From positions 25,780 through 89,779 of the forward strand of contig JANNHP010000312.1 in the NCBI GenBank assembly GCA_031404455.1: a DNA stretch of 64,000 nt, in the 5' to 3' direction. The stretch is from Planctomycetia bacterium (GTDB lineage Bacteria > Planctomycetota > JAJSAM01 > JAJVHW01). A program made the translations under genes and the position numbers. Positions 47,747 to 60,216 of the stretch are shown piece after piece. The notes beneath the pieces are model-generated. The model was not told where the DNA came from. It searched no databases and saw nothing but the letters and a program-made list of their open reading frames with translations. Numbering within the stretch: position 1 is the stretch's first letter; each line of letters starts with the position of its first letter.

Positions 47747-49306
47747 GTGGACCAGGATCGAGTCGTCGCGCGCCCCGAGGATTGGGCATCGATCGTCGAG
47801 GCGCTGCGAGGGACCGTGAGCCGTCAGCAGTTCGAGACCTGGTTCCGGACGATGCGCCCGGTGTCGCTCGAGCCGGGCCGCTACGTCTTCTCGGTCCCGA
47901 ACGCGTTCCTCCGGGACTGGATCCAGGGCTACTACGCCGACCTCTTGCGCAACTGCGTGGCGAGCGCCCTCGGCGCCGCCTCGGCGGCGGGAGCCGACGG
48001 CCGTCCGTCCGAGATCCGGATCGACGTGAGTGCCGGCCCGGACGACGACGCCTCGCCGTCGCAGGGCGCGACCGGTCCGAACGGATCGGCCGCGCCCGAC
48101 CGGCGCTCCGCGGCGCCGTCCACGCTGTCCAACCTGGCCACCCTCTGCTCCCCAGCCGAGCCGCGGCGCGAAGCGCTTCCCGTCGCGGGTCGCCGGCGCG
48201 GGCACGGGCGCGTCCCCCGTCCGCTCGATGACATCCGCGGGCAGCTCTTCGGTCACCCGAAGTACCGCCACTTCCTCTCGGACGTGATCCTGAACGAGGA
48301 CTACGTCTTCGACAACTTCGTGCGCGGACCCTCGAACCAGCTCGCACACGCCGCGTCGCTCGCGGTCGCCGACGCGCCCGCGCAGGCCTACAACCCGCTC
48401 TTCCTGCACGGCTCGGTCGGCCTCGGCAAGACGCACCTGCTCCAGGCGATCTGCCAGCGCGTCCTCGCGCGGAGGCCGGACACGCGGATCATCTACCTCT
48501 CCTGCGAGACGTTCGTGAACCAGTTCATCTCCGCGGTGGAGGCGGGCGACCTCGAGGACTTCCGCTACCGCTACCGGCACGCGGACATGCTCCTGATCGA
48601 CGACATCCACTTCCTCGCGAAGAAGGAGCGGACGCAGGAGGAGTTCTTCCACACCTTCAACACTCTCTACAACAGCAAGAAGCAGATCGTGCTCTCCTGC
48701 GACAGCCCGCCGCGCGAGATCCCGACGCTCGAGGACCGCCTCGTCAGCCGCTTCAAGTGGGGCCTGGTCACGGAGATCGAGGAGCCCGACCACGAGACGC
48801 GCGTGTCGATCGTGAGGCGCAAGGCGGAGCGCAAGGGCGTCCAGTTGCCCGACGGCGTCGGCGAGCTCATCGCCGACAACATCGCCACGAACGTGCGCGA
48901 GCTCGAAGGCGCCGTGCTTCGGGTGATCGGCTACGCGTCGCTCAGCGGCAAGCCGCTGACGATGGCGCTCGCGCACGAGGCACTGCGCGACGTCATCCAG
49001 CCGAAGGAGCGCAAGGTCACCATCGAGACGATCCTGCGCACCGTCGCGGACCATTACGGCGTCAAGGCGTCCGAGATCACGGGCCGCCGCCGCCACAAGT
49101 CGATCTCGTCGCCGCGGCAGGTGTGCATGTACCTCGCGCGCCGGCTGACGGAGTACTCGCTCGTCGAGATCGGCGGGCAGTTCGGCGGCCGCGACCACAC
49201 GACCGTCATCTACGCCAACGAGAAGATCGCCGGCGAGCTCGAGACGAACCATCGCCTCAAAGAAGACCTCGACACGATCCTGCGCCGCATCCGTTCGGGC
49301 GAGTGA
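47747..49306 (+). CDS. dnaA: Chromosomal replication initiator DnaA
   Basis: N-terminal domain I (WFRTMRPVSLEPGRYVFSVPNAFLRDWI). AAA+ domain (NPLFLHGSVGLGKTHLL). DnaA box-binding domain IV. GTG start in frame. Confidence 0.9.
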   Translation: MDQDRVVARPEDWASIVEALRGTVSRQQFETWFRTMRPVSLEPGRYVFSVPNAFLRDWIQGYYADLLRNCVASALGAASAAGADGRPSEIRIDVSAGPDDDASPSQGATGPNGSAAPDRRSAAPSTLSNLATLCSPAEPRREALPVAGRRRGHGRVPRPLDDIRGQLFGHPKYRHFLSDVILNEDYVFDNFVRGPSNQLAHAASLAVADAPAQAYNPLFLHGSVGLGKTHLLQAICQRVLARRPDTRIIYLSCETFVNQFISAVEAGDLEDFRYRYRHADMLLIDDIHFLAKKERTQEEFFHTFNTLYNSKKQIVLSCDSPPREIPTLEDRLVSRFKWGLVTEIEEPDHETRVSIVRRKAERKGVQLPDGVGELIADNIATNVRELEGAVLRVIGYASLSGKPLTMALAHEALRDVIQPKERKVTIETILRTVADHYGVKASEITGRRRHKSISSPRQVCMYLARRLTEYSLVEIGGQFGGRDHTTVIYANEKIAGELETNHRLKEDLDTILRRIRSGE

Positions 49307-49797
49307 CTCGTCTCCGCGCGCCGGCACGTCCCGCGGGCGGCCCGCTCGTGACCCGTCCGCTTCGTCGGCGATCCTCCGGCCGGTGTTCGCTCCAATCGAA
49401 GACCACGCGCGGCGCCGCGCGTGTCCGGCAGGCCATCCCGGGGGGACCACCGAACCGTCGCGGAGGCCTTCGCGGGCGGCGCGCGTTCGTCGTCGCCGGG
49501 GCCGTCGCAACCCGTTGGCGAGGTGTGCGAACTGTCTTCGGAAGGGGGGTCCGCGGTGGGTAGAATTCGGCCTCGAACCCACGGCTCCCGCGGGTTTCTC
49601 CCCGGTCGCGTCCGAAGGGACACAGGGCGCACACCGCGCCTCCACGATGGACGTCTCGGGGGAGAACCGCGCGAACCCGCGGAACGGCGCGGCCCGGGGC
49701 CGTGTGAGGCGTGTGGATCCACGCTGTCCACCGACCTGATGATGAAGATGAAGAGAAGACAAGACTAGTCACAGACCCCGAACGTGGAGAGCCGCCC
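49307..49797. other. oriC: Putative oriC (dnaA-dnaN intergenic): DnaA-box-like motifs and an AT-rich unwinding element
   Basis: 491-bp non-coding gap. TGTGGATCC (49711-49719) and CTGTCCACC (49724-49732) resemble high-GC DnaA boxes. At 49736-49774 the stretch tgatgatgaagatgaagagaagacaagactagtcacag is unusually AT-rich for a 72% GC genome. Confidence 0.45.
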
Positions 49798-50904
49798 ATG
49801 CGCTTTCGGTGCGATCGCGAAGACCTGCTGAGCGCCGTCCAGGCCGTCAGCGGCGTCGTGGCCAGCAAGGGCGTTCATCCGGTCTACGAGAGCGTCTCGA
49901 TCGTGGCGCAGCCGGACTCGCTGACGTTGCTCGCCACGGACCTCGAGATCGGGATGAAGCTCCGGCTCGGCACGAACGACAGGGTCAGGGTGGAACGGCC
50001 GGGCACCGCCGTCGTTCCCGCGCAGCGGCTCGGCGCGGTCGTGAGAGAACTGCCGAAGGGCGAGGTGGTCTTCACCTGGAACCCCGACAACCGCGAGAGC
50101 ACGATCGAGGCGGGCCGCGGCCGCTTCAAGCTCCAGGGCCAGTCGCCGGAGGACTTCCCGGAGGTCATCGAGGTCGACGACTCCCGTTCCGTGATCGTGC
50201 CCGCGGCGACGTTGCGCGAGATGATCCGCCGCACACAGTTCGCGGCTGCGAAGGAGCGGATGCGGTTCGCGCTGAACGGCGTTCTGCTCCGCGCCGAGGG
50301 CGACACGATCGAACTCGTCGCGACCGACGGCAGACGGCTTGCGCGCGACGCGGGAATGTGCACGAACCCGTCCGGCGCGGCGCTCTCGGCGATCGTGCCG
50401 ACCAAGGGACTCCTCCAGCTCGACCGGTCGATCGAGGCGGGCGACGAGAACGTCCGGCTCGCCGTCGGGAACAACCATTTCTGCGCCCGCACCGCCCGCA
50501 CGACGCTCGTCTCGCGCCTCGTGGAGGGGAGCTTCCCGAACTACAAGGACGTGATCCCGCAGAACTGCAAGCAGAAGGCGATCCTCCCGCGCGAGGCCTT
50601 CGTGTCGGCGCTGCGCCGAGCGTCGCTCGTGACGAGCCGCGATGCTCAGAGCGTGCGCCTGCAGTTCCACGCCGAGGGACTGACCGTGTCGGCGCGCTCC
50701 GCCGACGGTTCCGCCGAGGAGACTCTCGCGGTCGACTACACCGGCGCCGGCGATGTGCTCGGCTACAACCCCGAGTTCCTCCTCGACGCGCTCAACGTGC
50801 TGCGAGCCGAGTCGGTTCCGTTCGAGTGGGAGGGCAAGACCTCCCCCGGCAAGCTGACGGAGGGCAGCTACACGTACGTCGTCATGCCGGTGAGCCTCGA
50901 TTGA
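49798..50904 (+). CDS. dnaN: DNA polymerase III beta sliding clamp
   Basis: 369 aa with three-domain clamp similarity. Follows dnaA. Confidence 0.9.
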   Translation: MRFRCDREDLLSAVQAVSGVVASKGVHPVYESVSIVAQPDSLTLLATDLEIGMKLRLGTNDRVRVERPGTAVVPAQRLGAVVRELPKGEVVFTWNPDNRESTIEAGRGRFKLQGQSPEDFPEVIEVDDSRSVIVPAATLREMIRRTQFAAAKERMRFALNGVLLRAEGDTIELVATDGRRLARDAGMCTNPSGAALSAIVPTKGLLQLDRSIEAGDENVRLAVGNNHFCARTARTTLVSRLVEGSFPNYKDVIPQNCKQKAILPREAFVSALRRASLVTSRDAQSVRLQFHAEGLTVSARSADGSAEETLAVDYTGAGDVLGYNPEFLLDALNVLRAESVPFEWEGKTSPGKLTEGSYTYVVMPVSLD

Positions 50905-50957
50905 CGGCGGCCGGAGGCAGGCCCGGAACCGAGCAGCGAGGCGGCGCCCCCGAGACC

Positions 50958-53717
<2,760 letters not shown>

Positions 53718-53718
<1 letters not shown>

Positions 53719-53914
53719 GAGGGTGTGAAGAAACCCCACGCGAGCGTCGGTTGCCGCCTGGCGAGCCTGCTGCAAGGCGATCGCGCGAAGGCAACTCCGC
53801 TGAGTTTCCGAGCGCGAGCCACGCAGCAGCAGGCCGCCAGGGCGCAATCCCCCGTCGCTCAGTTCGGTGCGCACGAGTCGCGCCGGCGCCGCGCGGGGTC
53901 TCTTCACACCCTCT
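53718..53914. repeat. 197-bp palindromic element bounded by 20-bp inverted repeats (AGAGGGTGTGAAGAAACCCC / GGGGTCTCTTCACACCCTCT) immediately after the gyrB stop
   Basis: Terminal inverted repeats match 19/20. The interior also folds as a long imperfect hairpin (GCCTGCTGC...GCAGCAGGC, CCGCCTGGCG...CGCCAGGGCG). The 63-aa ORF inside is not credible. Confidence 0.5.
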
Positions 53915-54025
53915 GAGGCCGGGGACCCCGTCGCGCCCGCTCGGGGCGAGGCCGCCGGTGCGGTTTCTTCCCGGCCGGCGCGTCTCGACTTGAGACGCCC
54001 GGTGCCGATTGCCGATGGTTGCGGC

Positions 54026-54979
54026 ATGTACCTCGCTCACCTGGAGAAGCTGCTCAGGACCCGCCTCTCCGACATCCTCGTGGAAGAGGGCATCCTCGAG
54101 CGCTCGCGCGTGGAAGAGGCGCAGGCGGACCAGGACGACACGGGCAAGCAGCTCGGCGAGATCCTGGTCGAGCAGGAGGTCCTGACGGACTACGACCTCG
54201 CGAAGATCGTCACGACCCACTACGCGCTGCCGTACCTCGACCTCGCGGGCTACTCGGTGCGCCGCGAGCTGATGGAGCTGCTCCCGCCCGACTTCTGCGC
54301 CAAGAACTCGATGCTCCCGCTCGACCAGTTCGGGAGCATGCTCACGCTCGCGGTGGCGGAGATGCCGTCGTCCGAGATGATCGACGAGGTCGTGAAGGCG
54401 ACGCAGCTCACGCCGATCCTCTTCGTCGCCACGCGGCGCGGGATGCTGAACGTGATCGAAGAGGAGCGCAAGCGCGGCGCCGCCCGGCCGGCGAAGGCGG
54501 CGGCGAAGACGTCCGCGACCGCGCAGCCGACGACGGCGAGCGTCGATGCTGCTCCGAGCGCCGTCGCGGCCGCGCCCGCGGGCGACCCGACCCAGGAATC
54601 CGACCTCCCCGAGTTCGACCTCCCCACCGTCCCGCTCAAGCTGGCCGGTTCGATGGCCCGGAACAAGCCGGGTGCCGCGCCCGCGGCCAAGCCTGCTCCG
54701 GTCGGGAACAAGAAGTCCCCCGCTGCGGCGTTGCGCTGGATGGACACCGCGGCGAAGAGCGACGCCCCGAAGACCGGCGAAGCGCCGAAGCCGGTGGAGA
54801 CACCGAAGCCGAACGTCTCCAAGTACGGCGGCACTGCTGCCGCTCCGCGGCCGACGGCTCCCGCGGCGGCGCCCGCCGGGAAGCCTCCCGTGCCTGCGGC
54901 GAAGCCCGCGGGGGACGCTTCGTGGCAGTCGATGTTCGACGTCGCCGACGAAGCCGTGAAGAAGGTCAAGCCGAACTAG
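54026..54979 (+). CDS. Stand-alone MshEN/T2SSE N-terminal-like domain protein with Ala/Pro/Lys-rich tail
   Basis: N-terminal ~140 aa resemble the GspE N-terminal (MshEN) domain (LSDILVEEGILERSRVEEAQ, LGEILVEQEVLTDYDLAKIV). The rest is low complexity. Confidence 0.55.
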   Translation: MYLAHLEKLLRTRLSDILVEEGILERSRVEEAQADQDDTGKQLGEILVEQEVLTDYDLAKIVTTHYALPYLDLAGYSVRRELMELLPPDFCAKNSMLPLDQFGSMLTLAVAEMPSSEMIDEVVKATQLTPILFVATRRGMLNVIEEERKRGAARPAKAAAKTSATAQPTTASVDAAPSAVAAAPAGDPTQESDLPEFDLPTVPLKLAGSMARNKPGAAPAAKPAPVGNKKSPAAALRWMDTAAKSDAPKTGEAPKPVETPKPNVSKYGGTAAAPRPTAPAAAPAGKPPVPAAKPAGDASWQSMFDVADEAVKKVKPN

Positions 54980-55286
54980 GGCCCTTCGGAGCATCCGGCG
55001 GCGGATCGCGCGGCGGGGACGGCTCGACCGCGGCCGAGGAGATGTCCTCCTTCGCGAGGTCCTCGTGCTCCCGGTGGATGCGCAGGATGTCGCGGCGCGG
55101 TGCCTCGGAGTCATCCAGGTTGCCGGCGTCGAGCTGCGACGCGACCGCGTCCTTCGTCTCCGTGAGGCCGCGCTTCAGCTCCCCGAAGCTGTGGCCGACG
55201 GCGCGCGCCACGTCGGGCAGGCGGCCGCCGTAGACGAGCAGTGCCACGACGAGGATGAGGAGGATCTCGCCCGAGCCGAGTTCCAT
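54966..55286 (-). CDS. tatA: Twin-arginine translocase subunit TatA/E
   Basis: 106 aa from internal Met (MELGSGEILLILVVALLVYGGRLPDVARAVGHSFGELKRGL). TatA TM plus amphipathic helix signature. Confidence 0.8.
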   Translation of the reverse strand: MELGSGEILLILVVALLVYGGRLPDVARAVGHSFGELKRGLTETKDAVASQLDAGNLDDSEAPRRDILRIHREHEDLAKEDISSAAVEPSPPRDPPPDAPKGPSSA

Positions 55287-58261
55287 TACTTCCCCCCCTC
55301 GATCACGCGCACCCGATCGACGTCGCTCCACTCGTGCGTCACGTAGTCGAAGGTCGCGGCGTCGTAGAGCACCTGCCGGCCCGACGCGGTCTCGTGCACG
55401 TACACGCTGTTCTCGGACGTCGTCAGGAGGCGCAGCTTGTTCGTCGCGCAGTCCATCTCCACACGGTCGGCGCGGCCGCGGAAGTCGGGGTGGTCGAGGA
55501 CGACCTGCCGTCCGCCTCCGCCCGTCGCCTCGAGCGTGCGCAGCCGGTCGCGCGACGAACCCGTCGCGGCGGGGTCGAACGTCATGCGGACGCGTTCGCA
55601 GTACATCGTGCCGCCGGCGACGGTCCAGTCGCCCGAGGGCGCCAGCGAGAACATGTCGGCGCGCACGTTCGTAACGGCGGTCGCCTCGCTCCGCGTCACC
55701 TCGATGGGGCCGTCGCTCACGACCTGCATGCGCCGGGGGATCGAGCCAGGGGCGGGCGTCCCGTCGGGGCCCGGCGGATCGAAGTATCGGACGATCGTCC
55801 CGCCCTTCGGGCACGTCGCGCGGAGGAGGTCGCCCTTCCTCGAGGCGTCGCCGGACACGTCGAAGTACGCGCGGATGAGCTCCGCGTTGACGAAGCTCGT
55901 GTAGCGCTCGCTCTCCACCGTGGAGACGAGGCGGGCCGGCTGGCCCGTGACCTCGGCGATGCCGGTGACGCCGTCGAACGTGAGGTCGCGGCCCGAGACG
56001 CGGTGCAGTTTCCCGTCGACGAGCACGCCGCCCGTCGCGACCACCTTCCTGAGCTGCGGCGCGCCGCCGCCCGTCCCCGCCTCCGCGAGCTCGACGCGCG
56101 CCTCAGCGGCGGTGATCTTCACGGCGCCGTCGACGATCTTCGGCGCGCGCGACTCGGGTGCCGTGCCGCGCCCCTGAACGGACACGTTCGCGATGACGTT
56201 GCCTGTCGCAGTGATGAGAGAGCCGTCCTCGTCCCAGCGCAGCGTCTCGCCGCGCACGTCGTGCCGCGCGCCGTCCTTTTCGCGGACGATCGCGACCGCG
56301 GGCGCGGACTCGTCGCCGAGGGCGGTGACCTGGGCGTGGCGCGGCGCGTCCTTCGGCGCGCCCGCGGGCAGCGTCAGTTCGTCGAGGACGATCCGCGTGC
56401 CGTAGACGTCGCGCTGCTGGCCGTCCGGTCCCGTGCCCCAGATGTGCGCGCCGCCGGAGGCGCGCACCTGCTCGAGGCGGCCTCCCTGCGCGATCGTCGC
56501 GTCGAGCTGGTCGGCGGTCGCGCGCGAGACCTCCTCGCCGTCGGCGGTCTGGACGAGGACCACGCGCGGTCCGGCCGCGAGCGTCGCGCTGGGCCTCGGC
56601 GGCGCCCCGGACGCCGGCGGCCGGTCGTCGTAGACGTCGATCTTCACGCTGTCCGCCGATTCGAGCACGAGTCGCGAGTCGCGCGCCGCCCTCGGCCTGC
56701 CGAACGTAGGCAGCGGCCGCACGCCCGAGTAGACGACCTTCGGGTTTCCCGCGAGGAGGTACCGGTCGATGCCGAGATCCGTGACCGGCGACCACGCGGC
56801 GGTCTCCGACCGCGAGGTGAAGTCCTGCCGCACGAGGTCCACGCCGCCCTCGGCGGTGAGCGTGTCCGGCTGGAAGTCGCCGCCGGGGAGCCGGGTGCCG
56901 TAGAGCGTGGCCCGCGGCGCGCGGAGCTCCCCGGTCGGCGCCTCGAGCGTCTCGTCGTCCCACTGCTTCGCGACGACGTTCTTGTCGAAGACGACGTTCG
57001 TTCGGGTTGCGGCGGCCGTTCCGGCGCGCCGTGTCGTCATCGTCGCGTCGCCGTCGCAGCGCACTTCGAGGCGGCCCTTCGAGGCGGGACCCTTCGGCGC
57101 CGTCGCCTGCCCGGGCGTGCGCGCCGTCCGGAGCGGACCGTGGACGTTCATCACCGGGGTGCCTTCGAACACGATGACGTCCGCCTCGTTGCCGACGCTG
57201 CCGGTCAGGGTCCGCGTCGCTTTCGCCGCCGCGATGTCGAAGGTGTCGCCCGACTCCGTGCGTCCGTGCGCGCGGACGTTGCCGGTGGCGACGATGCTGT
57301 CGGCCGGGATCTGCCCCTTCACGTCCGGGCCGCCCGTGCGGAACTCGATCTCGAGGAGATCGCAGAGGAGTGCGTGGGCGCCCTGCGTGACGCGCACCTC
57401 CTCGTGGAACGTGGCGCGCCAGCGCGTGCTCGCGCCGCGGGCCTTCGGATCGACGGAGACGAGCTCGCACGCGCCGGAGCAGACGACGTCGGTCGCGACC
57501 AGCTTCGAACCCGGCGAGCCGCCCGTCGCGGTGAGCGAGCCGGGTGCTGCGTCGAAGCGCCCCTTCACGTTGCGCAGGATCGTCACGCGGCAGTCGTCGC
57601 CCGCGAGGTCGGCGTCGAGGCCGTCGCCTTCGATGTGCGCGCGGGCGCCGTCGATCTTCACGTGGTCGGCGGTCTGCGCGGTCCGCCGGTCCGCCGAGCC
57701 GTGCGATTCCATGGAGCAGTCGAGCGTCTCGGTGCGCAGTTCGATGTCGCCGCCCTCGGGGTCGAACCGCTGGAGCAGCACGTCGCCCGTGAGGCGCACG
57801 GACGTGCGCACGTCCTTCTGGTGCTGGAGCACTCCCGACTTCGACGTGATCCGCGTCGAGCCGGGGGCGCCCTCGGGGAACTGCGCGGACTTGGCGGAGG
57901 AAGGCTCGGGGTGGAGCACGATGCGCGGCGACACGAGGTCCTGCACGCCGACCTCCGGGTCGGTGCTCTTCCTCGGCGCCGACTTCGCCCACTCGGCCGT
58001 CCACGCGCGGTAGCGGCAGGGCTTCGAGTCGATCACCTTGACCGCGTCGTGGGAGAGGAGGCCGCCGCTCGTCTCGCCGACGCTCAGGTTGCGTGCGACC
58101 CGCGCGTCGGGGCCGGGCGGCACGGCTTCCACTGCGGGCGACTCGTCGGCGGCCTCCGAACTCGTCCGGAGCCGTCCGCCGGCCGCCCATGCGAGGAGGC
58201 CGATCGCGCCCCCGAAGAGGAGCACGAACACCGTGGCCCGCCGGATCGTGCCTGCGTCCAT
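55286..58261 (-). CDS. Giant membrane-anchored protein with repeated LptA/OstA-like beta-jellyroll modules (LptC/LptA-position gene)
   Basis: About 990 aa. N-terminal TM anchor. Repeated [ATGNV...LTG.V] OstA-like segments. Sits directly downstream of kdsD where lptC-lptA normally lie. Start placed at internal Met to avoid overlap with kdsD. Confidence 0.45.
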   Translation of the reverse strand: MDAGTIRRATVFVLLFGGAIGLLAWAAGGRLRTSSEAADESPAVEAVPPGPDARVARNLSVGETSGGLLSHDAVKVIDSKPCRYRAWTAEWAKSAPRKSTDPEVGVQDLVSPRIVLHPEPSSAKSAQFPEGAPGSTRITSKSGVLQHQKDVRTSVRLTGDVLLQRFDPEGGDIELRTETLDCSMESHGSADRRTAQTADHVKIDGARAHIEGDGLDADLAGDDCRVTILRNVKGRFDAAPGSLTATGGSPGSKLVATDVVCSGACELVSVDPKARGASTRWRATFHEEVRVTQGAHALLCDLLEIEFRTGGPDVKGQIPADSIVATGNVRAHGRTESGDTFDIAAAKATRTLTGSVGNEADVIVFEGTPVMNVHGPLRTARTPGQATAPKGPASKGRLEVRCDGDATMTTRRAGTAAATRTNVVFDKNVVAKQWDDETLEAPTGELRAPRATLYGTRLPGGDFQPDTLTAEGGVDLVRQDFTSRSETAAWSPVTDLGIDRYLLAGNPKVVYSGVRPLPTFGRPRAARDSRLVLESADSVKIDVYDDRPPASGAPPRPSATLAAGPRVVLVQTADGEEVSRATADQLDATIAQGGRLEQVRASGGAHIWGTGPDGQQRDVYGTRIVLDELTLPAGAPKDAPRHAQVTALGDESAPAVAIVREKDGARHDVRGETLRWDEDGSLITATGNVIANVSVQGRGTAPESRAPKIVDGAVKITAAEARVELAEAGTGGGAPQLRKVVATGGVLVDGKLHRVSGRDLTFDGVTGIAEVTGQPARLVSTVESERYTSFVNAELIRAYFDVSGDASRKGDLLRATCPKGGTIVRYFDPPGPDGTPAPGSIPRRMQVVSDGPIEVTRSEATAVTNVRADMFSLAPSGDWTVAGGTMYCERVRMTFDPAATGSSRDRLRTLEATGGGGRQVVLDHPDFRGRADRVEMDCATNKLRLLTTSENSVYVHETASGRQVLYDAATFDYVTHEWSDVDRVRVIEGGK

Positions 58262-58263
58262 CG

Positions 58264-59259
58264 TCAGAACGCGACGCCCCATTCGAGGACGTCCTGCACG
58301 TCGAGCATTCCCGCCGCGCGCCCCGCGGCGTCCACGACCGGCAGTTCGTCGATCTCGAACTCCTTCAGCCGCTTGTACGCGTCGGCGAGGAGCTCGTCCG
58401 ACCTCGCGAACTTCGGGTTGCGCGTCATGGCGTCCGCGATCGCCCTCTCGAGGACGCCCGCGTCCGCGACGACGCGGCGGCGCAGGTCGCCGTCGGTGAA
58501 GATCCCGAGGAGCATGCCCGCGTCGTCGGTGACGAGGATGGCGCCGCTGCGCGCGCGGCCCGGCCGCGGCCGCGCCATCTCGGCGAGAGCGTCGCGGACT
58601 CGCGCCGAGGGGCGCACGATCGTGGCCTCCGCCGCCGGGCGCATCACCTCACCGACGGTGACGAGCTGCCGGCCGAGCGCGCCGCCCGGGTGATAGAGCG
58701 CGTACTCCTCGCGATTGAAGCTCTTCCTCGCGGCGACCGTCATGGCGAGCGCGTCGCCCATCGCGAGCATCGCGGTCGTGGACGACGTCGGGGCGAGTCC
58801 GATGGGGCAGGCCTCCGCGACCGTGCCGACCGGGAGCGCGATGTCCGAGTGCTTCGCGAGCGCGACGTCGGCCGTCGAGGTGATGGCGACGATCGCGGCG
58901 CCGAGCTTCTTGAGAGCGGGGACGAGGCGCAGCACCTCGTTCGTGGTGCCGCTGTAGCTGAGAGCGAGGACGACGTCGTCCCTTCGCACGCGGCCGAGGT
59001 CGCCGTGCACGGCCTCCCCCGAATGGAGGAAGATCGACGAGGTGCCGGTCGACGCGAGCGTCGCGGAGATCTTCTGTCCGATGAGGCCGGACTTTCCGAC
59101 GCCCGTCACGACGACCTGGCCGCGGCAGCCGTGCAGCAGTTCGACCGCGCGGGCGAAGCGCTCGTCGAGGAGCGGCCCGAGATCGCGGATCGCAGCGAGC
59201 TCCGTCTCGAGCACCCGTCGGCCGTATTCGACGTCGGCCCTGGCCTGGGAGGGTTCCAT
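58264..59259 (-). CDS. kdsD: Arabinose-5-phosphate isomerase (KdsD/KpsF; SIS + tandem CBS)
   Basis: 331 aa. SIS domain (VVVTGVGKSGLIGQKISATLASTGT) and C-terminal CBS pair. Confidence 0.85.
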   Translation of the reverse strand: MEPSQARADVEYGRRVLETELAAIRDLGPLLDERFARAVELLHGCRGQVVVTGVGKSGLIGQKISATLASTGTSSIFLHSGEAVHGDLGRVRRDDVVLALSYSGTTNEVLRLVPALKKLGAAIVAITSTADVALAKHSDIALPVGTVAEACPIGLAPTSSTTAMLAMGDALAMTVAARKSFNREEYALYHPGGALGRQLVTVGEVMRPAAEATIVRPSARVRDALAEMARPRPGRARSGAILVTDDAGMLLGIFTDGDLRRRVVADAGVLERAIADAMTRNPKFARSDELLADAYKRLKEFEIDELPVVDAAGRAAGMLDVQDVLEWGVAF

Positions 59260-59391
59260 CGGGCCCGATTACACCACGCACCGGCGCGCCGGGTCAGCGC
59301 GAACGAAGGCGCGGGTCTCGCGGCGGGCCGCGGCGCGAGCGGGCGATTCGCTTCTCCTTCCCCCCTTTCCCTCTCTCGTAGCTTCTTCGCC

Positions 59392-60216
59392 GTGACCGAG
59401 CCGTCCTTTTCCGACTACCGCGTCGAGCTGGAGCACTTCTCCGGTCCGCTGGAGCTGCTCCTCCACCTCCTCGACGAGGAGGAGCTCTCGGTCGTTGGCA
59501 TCCAGGTCTCGCGGATCTGCGACCGCTACCTCGAGCACTTGGAGCGGATGGAGAAGATCGACATCGACGCCGCCGGCGAGTTCCTCGTCATGGCGGCGAC
59601 GCTGATGCGGATGAAGTCGCGGAGCCTCCTGCCGGTCGAGGAGCAGGTGCTGGAAGAGGAGGACCTCGATCCGCGGTTCGAGCTCGTGCGGCAGCTCATC
59701 GAGTACCGTCGGTTCCGCCGCGCGGCCGAGAGCCTCGACGCGCGCGCGGCGGAGACGGCGCTCCGGTTCGCGCGCGGAATGCGGCCCGAGATCCTCGACC
59801 TTCCGCCGGTCCCGCTCGACACGGCGCCCATCGAGCCGACGAGCGCCGACCGTCTCTTCGCCGCGTTCGCGCGGCTCCTGCGCGAGACGGAGGCCGGCGG
59901 CAGCTACGTGCTCGCGCGCGACGACACGCCGCTCGAGCAGCACATCCTGCGGCTCGAGCGCCTGATCGCGCCGGGGCAGCGGGCGACGTTCGAGGAACTC
60001 TTCGCCGAGCGCCGGACGCGCGCGTACGCGATCGGCGTCTTCCTGGCGATGCTGGAGCTCCTGAAGCGCGGGCGGATCTCGGTCGAGCAGGAGGGAGAGT
60101 TCGGCGAGATCTGGATCGAGGGCAAGGAACCGCCGCCCGATTCGCCTCGCTCGCCCAGCGCGCAAACCGCCGCCCAGTCCAACGCCGCGCCCGAGGACGG
60201 GAGCGTCGCGAGCTGA
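59392..60216 (+). CDS. scpA: Segregation and condensation protein A
   Basis: ScpA family (FSGPLELLLHLLDEEELSVVGIQVSRICDRYLEHL). GTG start. Confidence 0.8.
   Translation: MTEPSFSDYRVELEHFSGPLELLLHLLDEEELSVVGIQVSRICDRYLEHLERMEKIDIDAAGEFLVMAATLMRMKSRSLLPVEEQVLEEEDLDPRFELVRQLIEYRRFRRAAESLDARAAETALRFARGMRPEILDLPPVPLDTAPIEPTSADRLFAAFARLLRETEAGGSYVLARDDTPLEQHILRLERLIAPGQRATFEELFAERRTRAYAIGVFLAMLELLKRGRISVEQEGEFGEIWIEGKEPPPDSPRSPSAQTAAQSNAAPEDGSVAS

Noticed and set aside
53725-53916. 63-aa ORF (MKKPHASVGCRLASLLQ...) downstream of gyrB
   Set aside because: It lies entirely within the 197-bp palindromic element. The coding appearance comes from the inverted-repeat structure.
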